From Conexivisphaerales archaeon (GTDB lineage Archaea > Thermoproteota > Nitrososphaeria > Conexivisphaerales > DTJL01): DNA of 21,086 bases. The notes beneath the pieces were generated by a model. That model was given only the letters and a program-made list of their open reading frames with translations. It made no database searches and was not told the DNA's origin. The DNA is taken from NCBI GenBank assembly GCA_049509455.1, contig JBEKZX010000026.1, positions 1-21,086 of the forward strand, given 5' to 3'. Position numbers and translations under genes: made by a program. Shown one piece after another: positions 14,955 through 21,086 of the stretch. Positions within the stretch are counted from its first letter, which is position 1. The number at the start of each line of letters is the position of its first letter.

Positions 14955-15653
14955 TCATTCTTTCTTGCCGACGCTGATTTCGATCGTGGAGATGTTGCGC
15001 CTGTCAGGGCCCTCTCCGACGACTTCCGTGTCGATCTTGATGGACCTGACAACGAACTGGCCGCTCCCCAGCCTTCGTATAATGACTTCGGCCACGTCCA
15101 CGGCCCTGGCAATGGCCTTGCCCCTGGCCCTGAGGACGACGTTGGGATACTGGGTAAGCTGCATCACAGCTGAAAGGGCATATCCCATGATGGGCGCCTT
15201 CCCAATGAAGACGTGGTTGGGCGGAACGTTCTGCCTAGGCGGGAGGGCTTCGGCGACGGACGGCTCTTCGGGCCTCTCCTCTTCCCGTTCCGAAGACGGG
15301 TGTTCGAGCGGAAGCGCCACCTGAGGTGCCGAAGGTGGCAGGGCAATCGCCTCGGCCTCGGGGGCCGGCGCGATGAGCGGCTGCGGCGGAGCGGTTACAT
15401 GGGCCTCGCGCTGAATGGGCTCCACAAGATGGAGTTCTTCCTGCCTAGGTCCTCCATGGTATAGCGCTTCAGAAGAGACCACCGGTGCGACCTGCTCTGG
15501 AGTCGCCTCCACCGGTGTTGCGGCACCTTGTACGATATTTTCCTCAGCTGGCTCCTTCTTGGGCTTCTTGGCTGGTGCACGCTTGGCTTTCCCTCGAGGC
15601 TTCGGAGCTGCTTTCTTGGAAGACTTGGCCGTCTTTGTTGCGCGTCCTGGCAA
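14955..15653 (-). CDS. alba: Alba chromatin protein with a 145-aa disordered N-terminal extension
   Basis: C-terminal 87 aa NHVFIGKAPIMGY...VVLRARGKAIARAVDVAE...IDTE...RNISTIEI is a clear Alba domain; TTG start 39 nt from a TATA box. Confidence 0.9.
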   Translation of the reverse strand: MPGRATKTAKSSKKAAPKPRGKAKRAPAKKPKKEPAEENIVQGAATPVEATPEQVAPVVSSEALYHGGPRQEELHLVEPIQREAHVTAPPQPLIAPAPEAEAIALPPSAPQVALPLEHPSSEREEERPEEPSVAEALPPRQNVPPNHVFIGKAPIMGYALSAVMQLTQYPNVVLRARGKAIARAVDVAEVIIRRLGSGQFVVRSIKIDTEVVGEGPDRRNISTIEISVGKKE

Positions 15654-15691
15654 TCTACGACACCGAATGAAACAAACTTCCCCCTCATCAG

Positions 15692-15699
15692 TATTAATA
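15692..15699. promoter_or_regulatory. Palindromic TATA box upstream of alba
   Basis: TATTAATA next to an A-rich BRE-like tract (minus strand AAAAC). Confidence 0.55.
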
Positions 15700-15747
15700 G
15701 TTTTGTTTTCGGGGTTCTGCTCAACTAAGGTTAGTGGCTCTTACTTC

Positions 15748-16318
15748 ATGAGAATGATTTCGCCCGCTCCCCTCCGGCGCCCCCTGTAAAGCTCCCCGAC
15801 CAGACCGTGGTGGCCCTACTCTGCCTTCCCACGGCGATGGATGGAACCTGCCGGAAGCTGCTCCGTGTCCTCCTGAAGATAGAGCACAGGTACGTTGGCA
15901 GAACACTGATTTCTCAAGGTCAACTGACCCTTCTTACTACGGGCAGTTCCATGTTCATCATGCGGTGAAGGGCGGTAATCGGACGGTCGCCCATACGACG
16001 ACTTCTGATCTCGACCAGGCGGTTTCTCGGGACTCGCTATAGGGACGTCGTCAGAGTCCATAATCTCAATTTCGGGGCGCCCGGCGACTTCTTCAACTAC
16101 TGCTCGTGCCATCCGGACACGATCGAAGACGTCATCGTCAAGGCGTCGGTGCCTGAGTTCTCTGGCTTTCTGGGCCTGCCCAGGGTAGGCGAGGCCGTCT
16201 TCCTCGGCTTGGCGCTCTAACGGGCGCTCCGGCTCCATCGACTCCGATAGACAGGCTCATCGGCGGCTTCAAATCGACCCTGCACGGAGCCGACGCTACC
16301 ACGATACATCTTTCGTAG
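15748..16318 (+). pseudogene. Frameshifted/stop-interrupted gene remnant of unknown family
   Basis: GC3-rich protein-like blocks (VKLPDQTVVALL..DGTCRKLLRVLLKIEHRYVG; VHNLNFGAPGDFFNYCSCHPDTIEDVIVKASVPEFSGFLGLPRVGEAVFLG; PIDRLIGGFKSTLHG) broken by TGA 15966 and frame changes. Confidence 0.35.
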
Positions 16319-16339
16319 GGGATCTTCATTTCACACTAG

Positions 16340-16795
16340 CTAAAGCAGGTCGACCAGGGGTATGTTCTGAAACTCCCCCGATGGCAAAGTCCTGCGGATA
16401 GAGATGGGTATCGCTTTCGACTCCAGCTCAGCCCTAGCGATGCTTATGGCGTCGGTTAGCTCCGAGGAGACGTCTATGAGGGGCGGAGCTCCAAAGGAAA
16501 GCTGCAGCGCCCTAGCCCCCATTATCCTCGCGCGTTCGAACCTCGTCAGATGGTCGGGACCTATCAGGCCGGAGACTAGCTCTGTGGGGACGCGCTTCTT
16601 GGAAGGCCCAGGCCTCGCCTGCCCCGCCGTTGCGAGGACGCCCTTGACCACCTTCACCTTGGCGACCTTCTTTACGGGCTCGGCCTTGGGACGCCGAGGT
16701 TTCTTGTCCTTGGCAGGGGCCGCGGTCGGAGAGGCTCCTTTCGTGCTAGTGCCTTGCTTAGGCTTGGTCACCGATGGTTTCTTAGCCCCTGGCAA
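16340..16795 (-). CDS. rpoK: DNA-directed RNA polymerase subunit Rpo6 (K/omega) with a basic N-terminal extension
   Basis: [25 protein letters not shown]...A..EL....IPISIRR.LP. TTG 16795 is preferred because TTG 16828 is only a few nt from the TATA box. Confidence 0.93.
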   Translation of the reverse strand: MPGAKKPSVTKPKQGTSTKGASPTAAPAKDKKPRRPKAEPVKKVAKVKVVKGVLATAGQARPGPSKKRVPTELVSGLIGPDHLTRFERARIMGARALQLSFGAPPLIDVSSELTDAISIARAELESKAIPISIRRTLPSGEFQNIPLVDLL

Positions 16796-16833
16796 ACTAG
16801 AACGCTCGCAATCCAAAGCGTGTGCCAATCAGG

Positions 16834-16840
16834 TAATAAG
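16834..16840 (-). promoter_or_regulatory. TATA box of rpoK
   Basis: CTTATTA preceded by a BRE-like GAAAAAC, about 40 nt upstream of TTG 16795. Confidence 0.5.
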
Positions 16841-16958
16841 GTTTTTCGTCGTCTCATGCGTTAGAATTTGAAGAAGAATGGCCTCCGTGGCTTCCCGAAT
16901 GTCAAACACATATTAGCATGCAAGCAATAGATTATGTCTTGGCAAAGTTCACCAGGAG

Positions 16959-17549
16959 TTGGTTGTAGCACTGCCCCTCGGTCAGCTCGTCGTCATCGAC
17001 GGCCCGATGTTCTCAGGAAAGACTTCTCGGCTTCTCGAGCTCCTAGAGAGGGAGCTCATAGCCGGCAGGAAGCTGGAGCTCTTCAAGCCCCAGATCGACA
17101 ACCGCTATAGCGCCTCCGAAGTGGTCACGCACAAGGGGCTCAAGCTCCCGGCCAAGGTCGTCCCCATGACGAAGGCCGGCGTCAGGCTTATGGCGCGGAT
17201 GAGCTCTCTCGTCGACGTGGTCGGGGTGGACGAAGCCCAGTTCTGGCCTACTATGTTGGAGCTGCCGAAGGAGCTGGAGAGGATGTCCTATGCCGGAAAG
17301 CGCGTGTACGTCTCCGTGCTGAACAGGGACCACACTGGTGAGCCCTTCGGCAACGCGATGGAGCTCCTGGCCAGGGCCGACGTAATACACAGCCTCTCTG
17401 CCGTTTGCGTCAGGTGCGGCGGCGAAGCCTATTTTACGCAGAGGACTTCCGAGGGCAGAGAGATCTTCGGACCCCAGGTCGTGGTCGGAGGGAAGGAGCT
17501 CTACGAGCCCAGATGCAGGAGCTGCTACGTCCGGCCCCCCCGAGCCTAA
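16959..17549 (+). CDS. tdk: Thymidine kinase (TK1-like)
   Basis: GPMFSGKT, FKPQIDNRY, VDEAQF, GEPF, Zn motifs CVRC and CRSC, VVGG.ELYEPRCR. Confidence 0.95.
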   Translation: MVVALPLGQLVVIDGPMFSGKTSRLLELLERELIAGRKLELFKPQIDNRYSASEVVTHKGLKLPAKVVPMTKAGVRLMARMSSLVDVVGVDEAQFWPTMLELPKELERMSYAGKRVYVSVLNRDHTGEPFGNAMELLARADVIHSLSAVCVRCGGEAYFTQRTSEGREIFGPQVVVGGKELYEPRCRSCYVRPPRA

Positions 17550-18127
17550 GGCTTGAGAAGTCTGCTCAGGATGGCGACTTGGGCCGTCCTCTCAGCTGCG
17601 ATGCTCAGCTGCAGGGCGTCATGAACGCTGGGCCCCAGGGTAACCAGACCGTGCCTTGCGAGGAGCAGTGCGTTGGCTCCGCCCTCCATCTTCTCCGAGA
17701 CCGCTTCGGCAAGCCTCAAGCTACCGGGTTCCTCCTCGGGGAGGATTTCGATCCCCTTGGGAAAGTAGAAGGAGGCCTCCGTGGTGACCGGCTGAAGCGG
17801 CAGCCCGGCAACGCAGAACGACGTTACGTAGGGTGGATGGGTGTGCACTACGGAGTTGACGTCGGGCCTCCTGACGTAGAGGAGCCGGTGCATGTTCACT
17901 TCAATGCTGGGCTCACGCCTCCAGCCTGACCCCCCTCCGCCCAGTCGCACCTTGATGAAGTCGCGCATGGTGGCGTCGGAGAGAAACTGGCCGGTGGCCT
18001 TGACCAGCATGACCTTGCCCATGCGAGCGCTGATGTTCCCCTCCCTCCCCTCGCAGAGCCCCAGGGCGCCTATGCGTCGTGCCTCTGCGGATAGCTCGAG
18101 TCGCAGCCTCCTCTCGGCGGGTGTCAA
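17546..18127 (-). CDS. Class II aldolase/adducin family protein (FucA-like)
   Basis: GNISAR, PSIE...H, VVHTH, LL.RHG: catalytic Glu plus three Zn-binding His. Substrate unknown. Confidence 0.9.
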   Translation of the reverse strand: MTPAERRLRLELSAEARRIGALGLCEGREGNISARMGKVMLVKATGQFLSDATMRDFIKVRLGGGGSGWRREPSIEVNMHRLLYVRRPDVNSVVHTHPPYVTSFCVAGLPLQPVTTEASFYFPKGIEILPEEEPGSLRLAEAVSEKMEGGANALLLARHGLVTLGPSVHDALQLSIAAERTAQVAILSRLLKP

Positions 18128-18166
18128 GAAGCTCTAGCCCTGAGAAGCTCTCGAGGGAGCCTCTCG

Positions 18167-18172
18167 CTTAAA
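18167..18172 (-). promoter_or_regulatory. TATA box of the aldolase gene
   Basis: TTTAAG about 40 nt upstream of TTG 18127. Confidence 0.4.
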
Positions 18173-18180
18173 CCATTCGT

Positions 18181-19095
18181 TCAATAGACGGCGGTCAGCC
18201 AGGGCGTATAGCGAGGGTCCTCCCCTGCGACGGCCTTCATGTAGGCTGCCCGGATCTTCGCCGTGATGGGCCCTTCCTTCCTGTCGCTTACGTTCCTGCG
18301 GTCGACCGATGTGATGGGCGTGATCTCTGCGGCCGTGCCGGAGAAGAAGACCTCGTCGGCCACATAGAGCTCCGAGCGGGACACGTCCCTTTCGACGGTG
18401 GCGATGCCCATGTCCGCGGCAATCTTGATGACGGAAAACCTAGTTATGCCCTCCAGGATGGAAGAAGCAACGGAAGGCGTGACCAGCTTGCCGTCCTCCA
18501 CGAGGAAGATGTTCTCGCCGGACCCTTCGCTCACTCTGCCTTGGAGGTCCAGCAAGATGCACTCGTCGAAGCCATGCTTCACCGCCTCCATCTTCCCCAG
18601 GACGGAGTTCGTGTACTGCCCGCTGATCTTGGCCAGAGGAGAGCCCGTCTGGTCCGAGGTCCGCCTCCAAGTGGAGACCATGGCGGCGACGCCGTCCCCC
18701 TTGAAGTACTTCTCGAAGGGGTAAGCCAGGACGGCCATATGAACGGGAAACCCCGTGAAGTTGATCCCCATCCCTCCGAAGCCTATGTAAACGAGGGGTC
18801 GAACATAGCACTTCTCGTGAAGGTCGTTCCTCTTCACGGTCTCCACCGTCGCCTTTCTCATCTCCTGTACGCTGTACTTGAGGTCGAAGCCGAAGATCTT
18901 GCAGCTGTTGACCAGCCTCTTAAGGTGCTCAGGAAGCCGAAAGACGTACATCTGCCGGCCCGAGGGATAGGCTCGGATGCCCTCGAAGGCGGCGGTTCCG
19001 TAATGGAGGGCGTGGGACATCACATGGACGTTCGCGTCCTTCCAAGGGACGAAGGTGCCGTCCATCCAAACGTACTTTCCTTCCACATATGGCAT
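18181..19095 (-). CDS. ilvE: Branched-chain amino acid aminotransferase
   Basis: HALHYGTAAFEGIRAY, Y.RPL, AKISGQY, EGSGEN.F, ILEGITR, GTAAEITP. Confidence 0.96.
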   Translation of the reverse strand: MPYVEGKYVWMDGTFVPWKDANVHVMSHALHYGTAAFEGIRAYPSGRQMYVFRLPEHLKRLVNSCKIFGFDLKYSVQEMRKATVETVKRNDLHEKCYVRPLVYIGFGGMGINFTGFPVHMAVLAYPFEKYFKGDGVAAMVSTWRRTSDQTGSPLAKISGQYTNSVLGKMEAVKHGFDECILLDLQGRVSEGSGENIFLVEDGKLVTPSVASSILEGITRFSVIKIAADMGIATVERDVSRSELYVADEVFFSGTAAEITPITSVDRRNVSDRKEGPITAKIRAAYMKAVAGEDPRYTPWLTAVY

Positions 19096-19128
19096 CTAGA
19101 ATTCGCCGTGTCATCGGTGTGCCGAGAG

Positions 19129-19136
19129 TTATATAA
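19129..19136. promoter_or_regulatory. Palindromic TATA box upstream of ilvE
   Basis: TTATATAA, 34 nt from the ilvE ATG (minus) and 28 nt from ATG 19164 (plus). Confidence 0.55.
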
Positions 19137-19469
19137 GTCGTGGCTAAACTCGCTAGGCAGTCGATGGAGGCCATCGCGCAGGTTCCTTAGCCCCTCCGAC
19201 TGTGACTCTCGCATCGCCAGATGAAGCTCTGCCTCTGGGGGAGGCGCAGACAGGATGACGGACAGACGCACAAGATCCTTTCACAGGCAAAGAAGGGGAG
19301 GAGAGGGAGACCTTCCGTGAAAGAGCAAAGGCGCGGAAGAGGCGGCACGGAATTGCGCGCGGCCACGTGGGTCCGGAAGTCTCGAAGAAACGTCGATGGC
19401 CCGCCGGGCGATCACCGATTGGAATGGATGAACTTCGTTCAGCCGAATAAAGATGAAGCAACCGGCAGG

Positions 19470-20432
19470 CTACTTCACTGCGATGGTCGGCGCGGGCTTG
19501 ACCTCCGGGAGCTTGTAGTAAGGCTCCCTGAGCCAGACGCTCTTGACGAACTGGGCGGCTATCGCCTCGTCTGAGCTGCCGTCTCTCAGGACCTTGAGGA
19601 AGTCCACCATGTTGTCGTCCCTCATCAGGCAGGGGCGGAACTTACCGTCATGGGTTATCCTCATCCTGTTGTTGGCTATGCAGAAGCTGACGTTGTGGAC
19701 GGGCTTCACTAACTCCACCTTGACGCCGTTGGGGAGGGCATACTGCGGCCTGTTCTGGAGCTCCCTGACCCTGACAGAGGAGGCCTTCTCCTTCAGTAAG
19801 CTCTCGATCGGGGTTGGGTCGTAATGGAACCGGCGATAGAACTCTACGTCGATCGGGACCAGCTCGATGAGCTGGAGGATGGCTTTGTCCCCGCCCCCGA
19901 GGGAGCCCGCGTACTCCACCATGTCCCAAATCTCGTCGGTATTGTAATCCTTCAAGAGCACCATGTTGAGCTTCACCGGCGTCATGCCCACATCTATGGA
20001 GGTCTTTATGGCTCGAAGGGTCTCCTGGAAACGAACGTTGGTGGTGATCCATTTGAAACGCTCCTCCTTGAGGCTATGGAGGCTGATATTCAATCTCTTC
20101 ATGCCGGCTTCCTTCAACTGGCTAGCCACTTGTTCGATGCGCGTCCCGTTGGTGGTCATGGCCAGGTCGTCGGGGTGCATAGCCCCCAGCTTCTGGGTTA
20201 TCTCGACGATATCGTGACGTGTCATGGGCTCTCCACCTGTGAGCTTGACCTTCCGCACGCCGAACTGCATTAGGATCGAAGTCACCCTAGCGATTTCGGA
20301 GGCCGTGAGGAGGTTCTTTGCGTGGCCGACGAATCCTTCGTTGTGACAGAACACGCAATCGAAGTTGCACTCTGGAGTGACGGCGATGCGCAAGGACGTC
20401 ACTGGGCGGCTATACCTATCGTAGAGGACCAT
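19470..20432 (-). CDS. moaA: GTP 3',8-cyclase MoaA (radical SAM)
   Basis: D.Y.R....LRI..T..CNFDCVFCH.EG, TGGEP, TTNG, R.NISL, VKLN, RITHDGK..PCL, archaeal-type REPYY end; SD GAGGTGA. Confidence 0.93.
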   Translation of the reverse strand: MVLYDRYSRPVTSLRIAVTPECNFDCVFCHNEGFVGHAKNLLTASEIARVTSILMQFGVRKVKLTGGEPMTRHDIVEITQKLGAMHPDDLAMTTNGTRIEQVASQLKEAGMKRLNISLHSLKEERFKWITTNVRFQETLRAIKTSIDVGMTPVKLNMVLLKDYNTDEIWDMVEYAGSLGGGDKAILQLIELVPIDVEFYRRFHYDPTPIESLLKEKASSVRVRELQNRPQYALPNGVKVELVKPVHNVSFCIANNRMRITHDGKFRPCLMRDDNMVDFLKVLRDGSSDEAIAAQFVKSVWLREPYYKLPEVKPAPTIAVK

Positions 20433-20481
20433 GTCACCTCAACCCAGCCAATATTAGTACGTTCAATTAGCCCTTGGCTGC

Positions 20482-20489
20482 TTTATAAA
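20482..20489 (-). promoter_or_regulatory. TATA box of moaA
   Basis: Palindromic TTTATAAA about 50 nt upstream of ATG 20432. Confidence 0.5.
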
Positions 20490-20661
20490 ACCGCCGCCGA
20501 TTTGCTGAAGTCCAATCGTAAGAACGACTAGCTGGCCTGGAAAGAAGTGAGGATGTGGGGGGTCGACAGTGATTAGGGCCGCCAATCATGAGACGGCGCT
20601 GATAATCACTATTAGAAAGGAATAAATACAGGTGGTGTCAACACCATAACGGCGTTATGGT

Positions 20662-21078
20662 ATGCAGAACAATCAGATGTTGATACCTCAGGCGGACCGA
20701 TTAGTATCGCCTGGGCTCGGCACCACGGGAGCGGTGAAACTCCTCGACGTGCAGGTCAACGGGATAGTCCCCACGAGGATGCGACATGTCATCAAGAGAT
20801 ATCTCAAACGGGTCGGCTTTAAGACCCTTAAGGTGGAGCATCTGTCTGATGGAGGCCCGTTCACCCTCAAGCTCGTCGCTCACGGAATCACCTCCATCCC
20901 CGTCACTCAGGACCAGCTAGACAAGCTGCAGTATCTTCAAGAGTCCGTGCTGCAGGCTTTGACTTACAACAAGATGGGGTACGTCCCCCACGCCTCCAAG
21001 GCCGACCCGGAGCTGCTCAGGCAGATGCTCGCCAAGGTGGAGCCCACCCTGAACAAGATCTATTACACGATCGCCTAG
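20662..21078 (+). CDS. Hypothetical protein (138 aa)
   Basis: ATG start, host-like codon usage, AATAAATA TATA-like element at about 20621-20628; no recognised motif. Confidence 0.7.
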   Translation: MQNNQMLIPQADRLVSPGLGTTGAVKLLDVQVNGIVPTRMRHVIKRYLKRVGFKTLKVEHLSDGGPFTLKLVAHGITSIPVTQDQLDKLQYLQESVLQALTYNKMGYVPHASKADPELLRQMLAKVEPTLNKIYYTIA

Positions 21079-21086
21079 GCCATTTC

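Noticed and set aside
16138-16329. 63-aa minus-strand ORF beginning MKIPYERCIVVASAPCRVDL, superficially like a GHMP-kinase N-terminus
   Set aside because: Similarity is limited to ~10 residues and the rest is low-complexity; it cannot be supported as a gene.
1373-21078. Genome-wide reassignment of TAG to an amino acid
   Set aside because: TAG ends tatD, the dehydrogenase, mat, rpoK, the HExxH gene and the last ORF, with mat and rpoK ending at their expected C-termini, so TAG is a working stop. Only conditional readthrough remains possible.
1-21086. CRISPR arrays, IS elements, integrase/att sites, rRNA
   Set aside because: No regularly spaced repeats, terminal inverted repeats, transposase/integrase motifs, direct-repeat tRNA fragments or rRNA signatures were seen.

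Overview
GC-rich archaeal core-genome window with no CRISPR array, transposase, integrase or rRNA visible. The gene set (histone, Alba, S17e, Rpo6, Cgi121, archaeal Mat, long Trm112) and the style of several proteins suggest a TACK archaeon, probably Nitrososphaeria/Thaumarchaeota-related; this placement is an inference. Contents in order: two-intron tRNA-Glu(CTC); histone divergent from tatD; a coupled rps17e / SerK-like / Urm1-like ubiquitin-fold / cgi121 operon; nucleotide-sugar dehydrogenase; ubiX with a metallophosphoesterase; ileS; an unannotated HhH plus degenerate MCM-like AAA+ protein; IMPase; trm112; mat with an HTH-CBS regulator; an HExxH protein; Alba; rpo6; tdk; class II aldolase; ilvE; moaA; one orphan. 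Best leads: (1) the apparently catalytically dead MCM-like protein fused to a RadA-type HhH; (2) long Lys-rich, histone-H1-like tails on both Alba and Rpo6; (3) a ubiquitin-like protein whose GG is masked by a KPA tail; (4) two genes that seem to require CTG starts; (5) MoaA lacking one auxiliary-cluster Cys; (6) four intergenic tracts that look like stop-interrupted genes. All family calls come from motif recognition by eye; no database search was run.
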